A stretch of 63,916 nucleotides of DNA, counting the filler, from Ministeria vibrans ATCC 50519 (lineage: Eukaryota > Protista > Filasterea), in assembly GCA_943704425.1 (NCBI GenBank). It is 6 parts of 6 records of this genome, joined end to end, with 100 filler letters (N's around TTAATTAATTAA, not from the genome) between each part and the next. Parts side by side here need not be neighbours in the genome. Positions count along the whole stretch, not along the records: positions 39,681 to 53,277 come from CALSCP010001513.1; positions 53,378 to 60,220 come from CALSCP010000253.1; 4 more parts are not named here. One strand, given 5' to 3'. Below are positions 39,681 through 54,758 of this stretch, one piece after another. Made by a program: the position numbers and the translations under genes. The notes under the pieces were generated by a model. That model was given only the letters and a program-made list of their open reading frames with translations, was not told where the DNA came from and made no database searches. Position 1 is the stretch's first letter. Each line of letters starts with the position of its first letter.

Positions 39681-39820
39681 AAGCGATAGAGAAAAACAAA
39701 GCGATAGAGAAAAACAAAGTGATAGAGAAAAACAAAGTGATAGAGAAAAACAAAGTGATAGAGAAAAACAAAGTGATAGAGAAAAACAAAGTGATAGAGA
39801 AAAACAAAGTGATAGAGAGA
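39681..39820. repeat. 18-nt tandem minisatellite (GAAAAACAAAGTGATAGA)n inside an intron
   Basis: Six copies with GTGATAG at 18-nt spacing (39719-39809) plus two GCGATAG variants. It follows a GT donor of the minus-strand esterase gene. Confidence 0.9.
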
Positions 39821-40129
39821 AAGAGAGGGAGAGGGAGACAGAGACAGACAGAGAGACAGAGAGAACGATAGACAGACACACAGACAAGACAGACAGACAG
39901 ACAGAGAGAAAGACAGACAGACAGACAGACATACAAGACAGATAGACAGACAGACAGACAGACAGAGAGAGAGAGAGAGAGAAACAAAGTGATAGAGAGA
40001 GAGAAACAAAGTATGTGTGCGTGTGTGAGAAAGTAAAAAAGAAAGAGAGAGAGAGTAATCGAGATGAAATAAGCATGAAGAAAAAAACGAGTGTGAGAAA
40101 TACGAGACAGTAATGATGGTCTACGAAGT

Positions 40130-41712
40130 ACTTTTCATCAAAAGACGCATGCGTCGTTTTGTTGCAGCCACGGAAAAAGTTGGAGAAGTGTCATGGAGAC
40201 CGAGTGAGGACATCACTATGAGGTCGGCTGCCTGCAGTGATTCCCATTGAGGCGTTGTAGGCGGTTGTGCCAGTATGGCCTCCGTCTGGTCGCCTTTCTC
40301 ATTTCCCCATTGTGCTCGAAATTTCCGCCGGTTATCATAGAAATCGTTATAGTCGCGATTGCATGTCACCAGATCGGTGTCCTCTGGCCGAAGTGAGTAC
40401 ATTCCTATTCATAGACGAGGTCAATGCAAAGTCAACACGTAGCATATTACTCTTTTTTGCAACATTAAAGCGCACCAGGCAGTGACGTGAATGCAGTAAA
40501 GTTGAGGTTCCAGTTGGACTCCTCTTCGTCGCCTCCGCCCTCCATTACCAAGCTAGGCTGGATGGATATGCCTGCCGGCGCAAGCATTTCCCATAATCGA
40601 CCTAGCATCTGGCGTCCCGTACTCTCGTATATGAACCCAATTTTCAAAAAGCCCCTTGCTTTCAGGCGCGCACCAATCTCGGCCTGTGAGAAGTAGCGCA
40701 TGCGACACCCACGCGGTTGGTAGAGTGTCGTGTTGTGCAAGACGCTGGAGTAGCCGGGGTTTGGTGACCGCATCTGCGGCGTGACTGCTACACCACTCAG
40801 CACCGGGAGCTGTGCAATGCCATCGCGACACGGCTGTTCCAAGTCGCCCAGGCAATCACCGCGGATCCAATGCCCCAGCTCGCTGCCGTCGCATACATGC
40901 TGTGTCAACGGCGTGCCCGGACTGATTGTCGATGATCTCTGGTACTCTTGAGAGACACCTTGTGCCACTTTTGGCAATGCAACGGACTCGGCCTGTCGAA
41001 TAATCCCACGATACGTCGTGATTAGAGTGGGAGGACATCGCTCACCCAGAGGCACTAAGATCAGAGGGGAAAAAAATTAAGCAATAAACGAACAATAAAC
41101 TGACTAAGTCACAACATTGTCTGTCAGGGAAAAGCCATGGAGACCTCTCAAGGGCACGCCTGCGTAGCAATATAGACAACGAGGGGGTCCGGTGGGGAGC
41201 AGGAAGCCTTCGTAGGCGCGCGAGGCAAGCACCAGCGCGGTCGGTTGCCATTGCAACACTGAGCGAGACTGCGTTGCTGGGTAGAATCGAAAGCGATGCA
41301 TGCCGTTGCACTCCTCGTCCTCGCTCAGATCTCGATAGCGGGCTCCATCCACGGAGATCTCCAAGCGGTAGGTGTTGCCAGCACACGGTTGTTGGCGATG
41401 ATTGACACTTGCCATTGTCACCTCCAGCAGGTCGCTCTGCTGCCTTGCCGACACGATTTCCGCCCGACACCCGCCCTGGCTGGCCAGAATGGCTGCGTTA
41501 GAGCGCAGCACGCTCTTCGAGAGGGCGCATGGCGGCATCTGCGGTCGCATGCTCCACAGCAATCCTTCCTCAGAGACAGACACTGCATCGACAGTCTGCG
41601 CCGCCTGCGCAACCGTCAGCGTGCCGTCGCCTGGCGGGTAGAAGCACGCAAGACCCACCAGCAGAAGGATAGACCCCACGGCGACAAAGCCCGCTCGCAA
41701 GGATTTGCCCAT
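40130..41712 (-). CDS. Type II membrane SGNH/PC-esterase (NXPE/TBL-like glycan O-acyl esterase or transferase), 3' truncated
   Basis: N-terminal TM helix; CDGSELGHW...YQPRGCRMRYFS...KIGFIYESTGRQM (position of the GDS block); ADLIVMSSLGLHD (block III). The first intron donor is uncertain. Confidence 0.6.
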
Positions 41713-41744
41713 TGGGGGTCACAAATCAAAATAAAAGAATACGA

Positions 41745-41975
41745 NNNNNNNNNNNNNNNNNNNNNNNNNNNNNNNNNNNNNNNNNNNNNNNNNNNNNNNN
41801 NNNNNNNNNNNNNNNNNNNNNNNNNNNNNNNNNNNNNNNNNNNNNNNNNNNNNNNNNNNNNNNNNNNNNNNNNNNNNNNNNNNNNNNNNNNNNNNNNNNN
41901 NNNNNNNNNNNNNNNNNNNNNNNNNNNNNNNNNNNNNNNNNNNNNNNNNNNNNNNNNNNNNNNNNNNNNNNNNNN
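41745..41975. other. Scaffold gap
   Basis: Run of N without the linker motif. Confidence 0.95.
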
Positions 41976-42441
41976 CGTAGTCAATAATAAGAATAAGAAG
42001 AATGAGAAGAAGAAGAATAATAATAATAAGAGAAGGAGATGAACGACAAGAGAAGATACTGGAAAGGGCACGGCATGCTTGGACCACGATACAGTCGCAG
42101 GAGAATGAAGAGACCCATTCGTCATCTACGAGAGATCTTACTCCCTTTGCAAACCACTTCTTCTCTTTCTCTCTCTCTGCGACACACTTGAAAGGTAATA
42201 ACAACATGTACACTTTCTCTCTCTCTGCGACACACTTGAAACTGGAATCTAATAACAATATGTACAGTCCTATTTTGTTTCTCTGGGTCGTCTCATTCAA
42301 TGGCTTTGCAGAACTGGGACGCAGCGCTGCTGATGATGATGAAAATGCCCTAAATTATAAAGATGCTGTCGTGCTTGTTGCACCTCACGAGCATTTCAAG
42401 TCAGCTTGCATTGAATGAAAGCAAATGGAAAAGAAAAAGGT

Positions 42442-43265
42442 TTACACAGGTTGGAGAGAGCGCAGATACGACTGGCGGGCGGGCGAGGACTCTGCCGGGC
42501 GATTGAGAGGCGTCCAGACGGGTTCCTATAGACGAGGGAGTCAGCAAAGCAATCGATGAGAAAGAGGGGGGTGTTGGGTGTGTACGTCTTGGAAGAGACG
42601 GATGGCGTGGATGTAGTCGTTGTGGTCGAGGGTGAAGCGGTGGTAAATGCCGGCGGGAACGACAAGGAGATCCCCAGGAGCAACGGCAATGCGGATCCAC
42701 TCGTCAGCCGTGTCGCGCACATCAAAGTAGCCACTCCCCTTCACGACGAAGCGGATCTCTTCGTCTTCGTGCAAGTGCCTACGACAGTGCACACGTCAAA
42801 ACACAACACCAGAACAGAGTGGGTGGGACCTCCTGACTCTTCAAAGAACGACTCCAACTTGCCCGGCGGCAGCTTGTCCTTGGCGCAGTGAATCTACAAG
42901 GCAACGTCAGCGCCTCGCGACACCCCGGCACACGCCACAGCGCCTCTCCTACCTCATCTTGGTTGACATACTTCCGTTCCTTGCAAATCTCCTTCAGGTC
43001 TTCTTTGTACGTCTTTCCTCACAAACACACCCCATGTTCACTCGCCACACGTCTCCAAGGATCGTACCTCTACGTCAATCTTCCAATAGAGCACGCCCAG
43101 CTTCTTAAGGTCGTCGAGCGTCACCTGCGCAGCAACACCAGTCACTCACTCACTCACACCCGATCACTCACTCACTCACAGTGGACGCACCTCAACATTG
43201 GGCGATCGCTGATGCATCGCCTGCTGGTCCTCAGCACTGTCGTCCATCTTCCATGCCTGCACCAT
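42442..43265 (-). CDS. ADI1: Acireductone dioxygenase (methionine salvage)
   Basis: Six exons: [70 protein letters not shown]. Confidence 0.96.
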
Positions 43266-43437
43266 TATGCAATCCGTCACTCACACAAGAGAATGGGACG
43301 ATAAAAAAGTAAACTTGTCCAGTCATCAACTGATTCAACAATAGAATATAGATCACTTTATCTCTCTTCTTCTCGCTGCTCTCGACGCGCCGCCCTTCCA
43401 CCGCACCACCACCACCTCCTCACACACTACAGTCACC

Positions 43438-45431
<1,994 letters not shown>

Positions 45432-45543
45432 CATCATTGAAAAGGATTAAAAAAGTATTGTTTATTTTGACTCAAAAAGGAAAAAAAAACAATCGGACGT
45501 CAACACACACGCAAACGAAAGAAAGAGGAAAGAAAAAAAAAGC

Positions 45544-48500
45544 TCAGCGACGTTGCTTGGTACCGCCAAGGGCAGGGAATTCGCTCTTGTCGGGGATGTG
45601 CATACGGCAAATAGGACATGTGTGGTTCTTTTGCATCCACACACTCACACACTACACAAGAACAACAAAGAAAATGGCGTAAAATATAATCATACTTCTC
45701 TAACCCCCCCCCAGATGTGTATANNNNNNNNNNCCCCCCCCCCCCCCCCCCCAAGAGAAAACCACTTCTTACGGGAGCATGAAAGCGATGCTGACAGTCC
45801 AAAGTAATCCCATTCTTGTCGTCTCGGGGCAGATCATCCAAACACACACTACATTGTGGGATCTAGAGAAGAAACTTAATTAAAATGGAACGCACACACA
45901 AGTTCAAGACTCACACACATACACAAGACATAGACACGCAACACACACACACATACAAGACATACACACACACACGCAAAACATAGATAGGCACACACAC
46001 ACACAAGACACATGCATACTACACACACACAAGACATACACACAGACACATACACACACGGTGATCTCACTTTCTCTTCGTGATCGGCCTTTTCGTGCTG
46101 CTCTGCTCGCTTGATAATAAAATCCACAGTCAGGCCCGACATTGACCCGCCGTTCTCGCCTTGCACTCGCATCAATCGGTTAACAAGTTTCTCCTAAAAA
46201 ACACCACAACATGTTCAAAAACAAAAAAGCGGGAAAAAAGATACCAGTTTTCATATTTTACCTTGCTGTCATTAGGAAACTTTCCTTGAAGCTCTTTGAA
46301 AATCTTGTGAAACAGATTAGGAGGCTTGTCGGTCGAAGCAGAGGCAGCAGCGGACGGCTTGTTGGCAGTAGCTGTCTTGGTGTTGGGCGTTTTGCTCTTG
46401 GCACCGGGCGCCTTGTTCGTCGGCGGGGCGACTGGTGCGGGAACAGAAGTTGTGGTCATCATGGGTGTGACCGGAGTGGGTGCCTTGGAGGGGACTGTAA
46501 CTGATGCTGCTGCAGCAGCAGCAGGAGGAGGAGGAGGATGAGCAGGCTGCGCAAACTGAGGTGCGGTGGTGGCACGTGCACCAAAGGGAGCAGAAATGCC
46601 GGCAAAATGAGACAAAGAAGTGACGGCGGGAGCAGGAGTGGTGGTAGATGTGGCTGACGCGGAGACAGACAGAGCAGAACTACCAAGAACAGGCTCGGGC
46701 GGAAGAACACCTGCCTCACCCAGGTCAAAAGGTGCCGTCAAAACCAACTCCATTTGGTGCTCAAACTGCTGACGCGTTTCGGCAATTTGCGAGTCTAGTA
46801 TGGCACGCTGCGAGAGTAACGACGCAATCTGCGTCTGATCGTCGGCAGTACGACGAGGCAGACGCTCTCGTTGGTTCAGGTCACGCTCCACAAGAGCGCG
46901 ACGTTGCTCCTTGGGTCTCAGAGCCTCCTGTACCTCGGCCTGCAAAACCTTCATCTGCATCTCCACCAAGTGCTTGTGTTTCGTCTCGGCAAGCGAAACC
47001 ACAGCCTGGTAGGCACCCTTTAGCTGGCGAATGTAGTTCACAAGGGATGCTACATCGGCACCACCCGCAATCAAACTCGAAGCACTACCAACATTGCCAC
47101 GCTGCTGCTGAGACAGCTGGGTTTGCAACGCTGTAATGGCATTGTTGTAGGCCTCTTCGCGCTCCTTCATTGCCTCTTGCTCGGTCACAAGGCGGTTAAT
47201 GAGCGCGTCGCTTTCGGACTTTTCGTTGCGCACTTTGACCAACTGCTCCTGAATGTCACGAAGATGTGTCTTCGACTGGTCAAGTTGTTTGGTCAACTGT
47301 TGAGTGTCAGCAGACGACGATGCGGCAGCAGTGACGGAGAACGAAGATGAAGTGGCGTCAACACGAGAGGAAGACGCTGCTACTGCTGCTACTGCTGCTG
47401 TGGAGGGTGTCGTCGAAGTGGTTGTTGAGATTGTGGTGACGGGGGGTGTTGTGGATGGAGGTGGAGTGGTGACTGCGTGGAAAAACTTGGGACAAAGCTG
47501 CAGGAGGGTGACAGCCTCGCCGTGCGACCCTTGCGGGTACTTGCGCAGCTCTTCATCGGCCACCTTGTACTTTTTCACTTTAACCTTTACGTAGGGAGAA
47601 GAATCCTGGCCGTCGGGGTACATGGCCAACTCGATGTTACGCGAATCGGGGTCTTCAATGCAGCGCGTGGCCGCCTTGGAGCGCTCGTAGTCGATAAGCG
47701 CGTACATCTGCGTGGCACGGGGCGTCGCGGGCTGAGCATGGAACGAAAGACGAATCGACAGAATGCGTCCGTAGTAGTTGAAGTGCTCGTGTATGTCGGC
47801 GTAAGTGATGCGCAACGCATCAAACTGCTCGCCGCTGACATGAACGCGCGCATGGTAGTTGCACGCCTCGGCAGGAAGATCACACATAACGGCAATAGGG
47901 ACCAGCGTGCCGTAGGTTTGCGCTGCTTTGCCCCCGGACGTAGCGCGAACCTCGTGCGTCTGGGCGAGCGCCTGCTGTAGCACAGCCTCGCTGGGAAACT
48001 CAACAAAGCCGTATCCCTTGTTGCCGCCCGTCTTGGGGTTGGGTGGTACAACAACATCGCTCACGGGTAACGACAACTTCTCCTCAAAGTGCAAGAGTAG
48101 TTCGTCGCTCGTGAGCATTTCGGAGGGATCACGAACAAACAAACGCCACTGCACCGGCTCGTAGCGCACCGTCTCCGACGACCCTAAACCTGAACCTGAA
48201 CCTGAACCTGAACCTGAACCTGAACCTGAACCAGCACCACCATCACCACTAGCACCGCCATTGCTACTCCCAGCACCACCACCAGCACCACCAGCACCCG
48301 AGGCGCCATCATCCTTGTCCGACGGACCACCTTTGCCTCTGGCGCCACCACTATCACTGTCACCAAAACTTTTGGACGAGCCCTGAGGGGGACGACCTTT
48401 GTTCTTGCCAACAGTGCGAACACCACGTCTGGGCATCCGGCTGAGATCGGGTGGTGCACCACGGCGAAGAGATAACTGAAGAAAAAGGAAAGTTCAGACG

Positions 48501-49191
48501 AGTATAAAATGACTTTTGGCGCGTGTTTGTGCTTGTGTGAGTTGCGCAGAGAGCCAACACACTTGCGCGCATGCGTACCTCGTTGGCATCGTCAAAGATG
48601 ATGCCTGAAACGAAAGAGCGCCCCTCCTGATCCTGACCTTTGCAAAGCTCTACTCTCACACACCAGACAAAAACACAGCGGTCAGCAGCGGAGCGACACC
48701 ATGCTACCGGACGCTCACCAAGGGTGGGAACAATGGATCCTAAGGGGTGTAGTGCCGCTGTAGATAGTCTACAGTGAGCAAATGCATCAAACAACAGAGT
48801 GTTTTGGCGCTGCCGAAAAAAAAAAAAAAAAGAAAAAGAACAAAAGAGGTTGAGTGGTGGCGAGTGAGGGTGAAGACACTAAGACATACACACACACACA
48901 TGCAACACACAGTGCAGGAGGATGGCGGGAGAACGGAGGCCAAAGCATCGCTGTGGCGACATGCACTGGGCAGGTTTCAACTAGATCGGATTTGAGCTTT
49001 TGCGCGGCAACTAAAAGAAGACATGGAGATGTTTTGACAAGGGGGCAAGCGGGTCGCTCGGAAGACGCAAAGGGATAACCACTGGCGGGGTTGAAAGGGA
49101 CGATGGAGCGCACCAAAACGGAACACATTGTGCATTTCACGCGGACGGTTACCGAAGAGTGTTGGGTCAAATCCTCAACAAGGGGTCTCAT
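45544..49191 (-). CDS. Two RRMs, coiled coil and C-terminal RING-H2 (DZIP3/TTC3/RNF214-type tail)
   Basis: RNP1 NKGYGFVEF and a second RRM (YALIDY); long coiled coil; [47 protein letters not shown]...EFPAL. Three upstream exons from ATG 49191 splice in frame (lower confidence). Confidence 0.8.
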
Positions 49192-49530
49192 ATTGAAAAG
49201 ACGAGATTGAACGAAGAAGGGAGGGTGGGTGGGTGGGCAGTGAGATTGTGAGAATAGTGTTACTTTAATGAGTTCAAGACGAGATTTCAGATTCGATCTT
49301 CGGTGGTGATTTCGTGAGATCAACTCCACCTCAGCTCCACACCTACACTCGATAATCGACACTACGGGAATACTCCTAGGGAGTAAATAAGGTGATAGGT
49401 TTTACTGAAGACTGATGCACCCATAAGAGGATGAAGAAGAAAGCGGAGGGCACAGGTAAGTCTATGGAAAAAACGAAACGCTTTGACTCCTTAATGATTA
49501 ATCCTTTAGTCTTTTTCAATTTTATGTGAT

Positions 49531-52041
49531 ATGTCGGACGAGAGAGCACTCGACGTGGACTACCGAAAGATTCCGAAAGGGTTGCAATTGCATGCGGCCG
49601 CACTATACAACGATGCGGAGATCATTGCCGCTATGATATCGGACGACGAAACGGCGTGCCAGAAGCGCAACGACGCTGGCTGCACACCCCTTCACCTGGC
49701 AGCCAAAGAAGGCCATGCTGGTGCCGTTGAATTGCTGCTGCTTGGAGATGCGAGTGCAGCAAACGCGGCCGACTGGGAGGGCGAAACACCTCTGCACTAT
49801 GCGGCAGCGCAGGGGCACGTCCAGGTATGGAAGACAGCCCAATCCGGCTTGCAAGCTGCCTATCGCATAGCGACGCGTCCAACAAGCCCACCCTGCTGCA
49901 CCCCTTTGGCTCCGTCATCGTCGATTTGGCGCAAATCTCTTGCTTCTCAATATGGATTGAGGAGTGCTCCATTGAACTTGTGTGTGTGTGTGTGTGTGTG
50001 TGAAAATAGGTGCTCGAGATGCTGCTCGACCATCGGGCCGATATCTACATGAAAAATCTGTATGGAGAGACGCCCGAGGTGGTAGCTGAGCAATGCGAGA
50101 AGCCGGACACGGTCAAGATTCTTCGTACGTGCGGCGATTCTTCTTGCAAACCAATTGCCCTAACGGTAATTCTTTCTTCTCAGAGGACGAGCCCACGTCG
50201 ACGCGCCACCAAAAGTTCCGCGAAGAACTTCTTGCGTATCATGCTAAACTCGAAGAGTACGAGAAACAAATGGCGGAGTATGAGCGCAAAATGGAGGTGA
50301 GAGCACAGGGAAGGCAAAGCTGTCAGTGACCCATTGCATGTGTAGGAGCTGAATGAGAGTGCAAAGGGCGAGGCGCAGCGAAAGCAAATGGAACAGTACA
50401 ACCAACTGCGAGAGAGGCACGAACGAGCGGGGGCAAGTGCGGCTGTGGTGTTTACCGGGATTGACTTTGAGCAAGAGACACTTGCTGAGGCAACCAACAG
50501 CTTTAGCGACACAACGAATCTGTTGGGTCACGGGACGTTTGGCAAGGTGTACAAGGGTGTGCTGCGGGACGGGACGGAAGTTGCGGTGAAAGTGCTGAGT
50601 GCGTATTCGCAGGACAGCGAGCGTGAGTTTCGGTCTGAGATTGCAGCGCTGGGCCAGTACCGCCACCCGCATCTGCTGGGGCTCATTGGAACGTGTCTGG
50701 GGGGTGGCGGGACCGAATCGCGCATTCTGGTGTATGACATAATGCCCAATGGGGATGTGCGGGGTGCGCTTGACAAGGGCACACCGCTTCTTGCCTGGGC
50801 CGACCGCCAGCGGCTGCTCATGGAAGCAGTGTCGGTATGAGGCTGTGTGCGAGTGAGTGTGTGAGAAGCGTGTGTGAGAAGTGTGAATGTGAGAAGTGTG
50901 AAGTGCAAGAGTGTGTGAGAAGCGTGTGTAAGAAGTGTGAGTGAGAAGTGCAAGTGTGCGTGTGAGTGTGTGAGAAGTGTGAGTGAGAAGTGCAAGTGTG
51001 CGAGTGAAGTGTGTGAAAAGTGCAAGTGTGTATGACTGCACTCAGCATGCGTGTGCTCAAATGTATGAAATTGTGTGTATAGGGTCTGCTGTACTTGCAC
51101 ACTGCGCGGATGCCCCCGCTTTTGCATTTGGACTTTAAGGCTGACAACATTCTGCTGAGTGCGTCGCTCACAGCTAAAGTTGCCGATTTTGGACTGTCAC
51201 GAGCAGTGCCGCAGTTGATGGTCCAGAGCCACCACAAGTCATCGATGATTTGCGGCACACCCGGCTATGTGTGTCCCATGTTTATGCAGCATGGAATTGT
51301 GTCTGGTCCGTGCCACTCTCACACCCCTCTCTTCTTTCTTACTCATATTTTGTCTGTCTGTCTGTCTCTCTACCACTTTGCTCCTTTCTTCCTCCTTTCT
51401 CTCTATCACTTTGTTTTTTCTCCCTCCTTTTTTTTTCTCTCTCTCGTTATTGCCTGTAGTCAAGTCGGATGTGTACAGTGTTGGCATTGTCATTCTGGAG
51501 GTACTAACTACCACACCGGTCCTCTCTCTCTCTCAACATCATTGTGCACATTTTGTGTAGATTCTCACGGGATTGCCTGTGATCAGCAGCACTCGTCCGC
51601 AGCCCTATCTAAAGTTCATTGTGGAGGATGAGTTTGCCCAACGGGGCACCATTGCCCATCTGGTGGACGCCCGAGCACACACACTCTCACCCACCAGTGC
51701 GTACACACACACACGGACACACACATACAAACCGACTCAACTTTGTTATGAATTCTGTAGCGGATTGTTTGGGCGCACTCTGGCCGACCACTGCCATTGG
51801 GCAGCTTGCGCGGCTGGCTTGGGTGTGTACGCGTGACAACAGCGACGAACGGCCGCTGCTCGTACACGTCCTCAACGAGCTGCGCCTGCTCAACCGCACG
51901 ACGGGCGTCGAGAAGAAGAAGACACTCTCCCCAACCCAGTCGGTGGCCGATGGTGCCGGTGCCCTTGGTCGCAAAGTCTCTGTGCGCGCCGGTACCCTCG
52001 ACTGGAAGTCGGTCCGTAAAGACACAAAAGCATGGGAGTAA
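49531..52041 (+). CDS. Ankyrin repeats, coiled coil and RLK/Pelle(IRAK)-like protein kinase
   Basis: Eight exons in frame: GCTPLHLAAKEGH, GETPLHYAAAQGH; FEQETLAEATNSFS..LLGHGTFGKVYKG..VAVK..EFRSEI..RHPHLLGLIG..LVYDIMPNG..WADR..HLDFKADNILL..KVADFGLSR..GTPGYVCP..KSDVYSVGIVILEILTG. Confidence 0.9.
50850..51030. repeat. (GT)n-derived repeat with recurring GAGAAGT/GCAAGT interruptions (kinase intron)
   Basis: GTGTGAGAAGTGT and variants, repeated. Confidence 0.85.
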
Positions 52042-52058
52042 AAAAAAGTCTTTCCTGA

Positions 52059-52090
<32 letters not shown>

Positions 52091-52133
52091 ACAATTGTTG
52101 TAAAATGGTTCATTAAGACGAGGGATCAGTCGC

Positions 52134-52756
52134 TTATGAGCGGGGCTTCTCCTTCTTGTGCTTGTACAGAGCGAGCAGCGAGACACCGGCAACCTTGGCG
52201 ACCTTGAAACGGACACCGGGAACATCACCGACTACGCAACAATCGAGTTAACTTATGGTCGTTTAAATCGGTGCGTGCTTTCAGCTTACCGGCGTGACCG
52301 GATCGGCCGAAACCGGCGATGAGAACCTCGTCGTTCTCCTCGATGTAGTTCAGGCAACCGTCACGGGGGACGAACGCAGTAATCTGGAGACAGAGAGAGA
52401 GAAGCATTCTCTCGTTCAAGCGCGCTAACAAGACCTTTGGCTTTGCCGAACTNNNNNNNNNNAAAAAAAAAAAAAAAAAAAAGAAACGAGTGTTGGATTG
52501 CAAGTGAAAGGAAAAAGAAAAGGGGAGACTTACGCGCTTGCCGTTCTTGATGAGCTGGACACGGACGCACTTTCGGATAGCCGAGTTGGGCTGCTTGGCC
52601 TCAACGCCAATCTTCTCGAGGACAATTCCCTTGGCGTGCGACGCTCCGCCGAAGGGCGAGTGCTTGTGGCTGGTGCCCAGAAGAATCTTCTTCACTTTCT
52701 ACACCGCACGCACGCAGGTGGTTAGGATGAAAAGCACAGAGAGAAACGCGACAAGA

Positions 52757-52789
<33 letters not shown>

Positions 52790-52895
52790 AAACGAAATGC
52801 GCTCTACAGTAAATGATTACCAAGTCAGCCCAGAGGGCATCCTTGCGGTGCATGCGGAGCTTGCGTCCAGTGCGGATTCCACGAGGCTTGCCCAT
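52134..52895 (-). CDS. RPS23: 40S ribosomal protein S23 (uS12)
   Basis: [13 protein letters not shown]...[40 protein letters not shown]...EKPRS*. Confidence 0.98.
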
Positions 52896-52910
52896 GATTT
52901 GTCTAGACGT

Positions 52911-52942
<32 letters not shown>

Positions 52943-53245
52943 GAGAGGAAAGAAAAGGTCAAAAAAACGACCCCAAGACAATGTTGGATAGGCAAAGAGC
53001 GCCGGCGACAGGAGTGAGGACAAGAAAAGTGGCTTGGGCGAAGGCTGGCGGCAAAGGCGAGGTGGTTTGCGGGGGGCACGGGGCGCGTTGGCTCGAGGGA
53101 AAGGCCAGAAGGGGTTTGCAGTCGCTGACATGTGCAGGAGGGCGGCGCAGGCACGCACGGCTGCAAGGGCGCGCCCCTCCCACCGCCATCCACGACGACC
53201 CCGCACCATGCCTGCGTCGCCCACGCTCCATCCTTTCCCCTCGTT

Positions 53246-53277
<32 letters not shown>

Positions 53278-53377
53278 NNNNNNNNNNNNNNNNNNNNNNN
53301 NNNNNNNNNNNNNNNNNNNNNTTAATTAATTAANNNNNNNNNNNNNNNNNNNNNNNNNNNNNNNNNNNNNNNNNNNN
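53278..53377. other. Artificial contig linker
   Basis: N44-TTAATTAATTAA-N44. Confidence 0.97.
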
Positions 53378-53421
53378 TTTTTTTTCTGCTTCCTCCGTTT
53401 GACCCTTTCAACGTCGCTCAG

Positions 53422-54724
53422 ACGAAGACGAGCTGAATGACTTGAAGCTGCGCAAGCGGAAGGAGTTTGAAAACTTTGTGCGAAAGAACAGGTAGGCGGT
53501 GGAGAGTAGGGAGTGGGCTGTGGAGCGAGAGGGAGAGAGAGAGAGGGAGAGAGGAGCAAGACCGTTTCGTTTTGACACGATCAATTTCCTTTGCACAGGG
53601 CAAACGTTGCCGAATGGATCAAGGTGAGCTGAGCGACCGTGCGTCGATTGTGTTACCGTCGGTTCTCATGCGCCTTGCGCTATTTCTCTCTCTCTCTCTC
53701 TCTCTATGTACAGTACGCCAACTTTGAGGAGAAGCTCAATGAGTTTGAGCGCGCACGGTCGATTTATGAGCGAGCTCTGGACGTGGACCACCGTGCAGTG
53801 GGTCTGTGGATGAAGTATGCCGAGTTTGAGATGAAACACAAGCACGTTAGTCATGCACGCAACATTTGGGACCGTGCAGTGGCGTTTCTTCCGCGTGTCA
53901 ATCAGTTCTGGTACAAGGTGAGCAGCAGAAACAATTGAACTACCGAGTGTTGCGTTTGCGAGTGCTCTTTGTCTGATGGATGATGTTTCACAATCGATTG
54001 CAGTATGTGTACATGGAGGAGGTGTTGGGAAATGTACCGGCGGCACGACAGATCTTTGAGCGGTGGATGGAGTGGGAGCCGGATGAGCAAGCGTGGCTGT
54101 CCTACATCAAGATGGAGTTGCGCTACAAGGAGGTATTTTTTTTTTCTTTCTTTCTCTCTTTTTTATTTGTAATATCATGTGTAACAAGCTGCATTGATCT
54201 TGTAACTTGAACTTATCTGGTGTTTCTTGTTTTGTTTTTTTTTTTGTTTTTTTGCTTTTTTGTTTGCCTGTTAGGTTGAGCGCGCGCGAGAGATCTACGA
54301 GCGCTTCGTCGTGGTACATCCAGAGGCAGCTAACTGGGTGCGGTATGCGCGCTTTGAGGAGCGCGTGGCCCACTCGCCCGAGCACAGTCGTGCCGTATAC
54401 GAACGTGCCGTCGCCTTTTTTGGAGACACCTTCATCAGCGACAAGGTGGGACACAATTGGCGTTTGTTTTTCTTCTTTTTTTTCCAGCTGCTGATACTCA
54501 TCCCATGTTCATATTGGTTGTAGTTGATTTTGGCCTTTTCGTCGTTTGAGGAGTCACAGCATGAGATTGACCGAGCACGAGTGGTGCTGCAGTATGCGTT
54601 GGATCGGGTTCCACGTGAGAAGGCGCATTCTCTTGTAGCTGCCTTTACTCAGTTTGAGAAGAAGCATGGCGATCGCAAAGGTACGCGCAGTCATGAACAC
54701 CACTATCCAAGTGTGGAGAATGAT

Positions 54725-54758
<34 letters not shown>

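Noticed and set aside
39681-39820. Telomere or CRISPR interpretation of the 18-nt array
   Set aside because: No spacers or cas genes. The array lies in an intron of an unfinished gene, and the contig end is explained by the repeat. A telomeric origin of the motif remains untested but is unsupported here.
41976-42420. Possible 3' exons of a plus-strand gene next to the gap
   Set aside because: No recognisable homology or reliable splice model; adjacent to an N gap.
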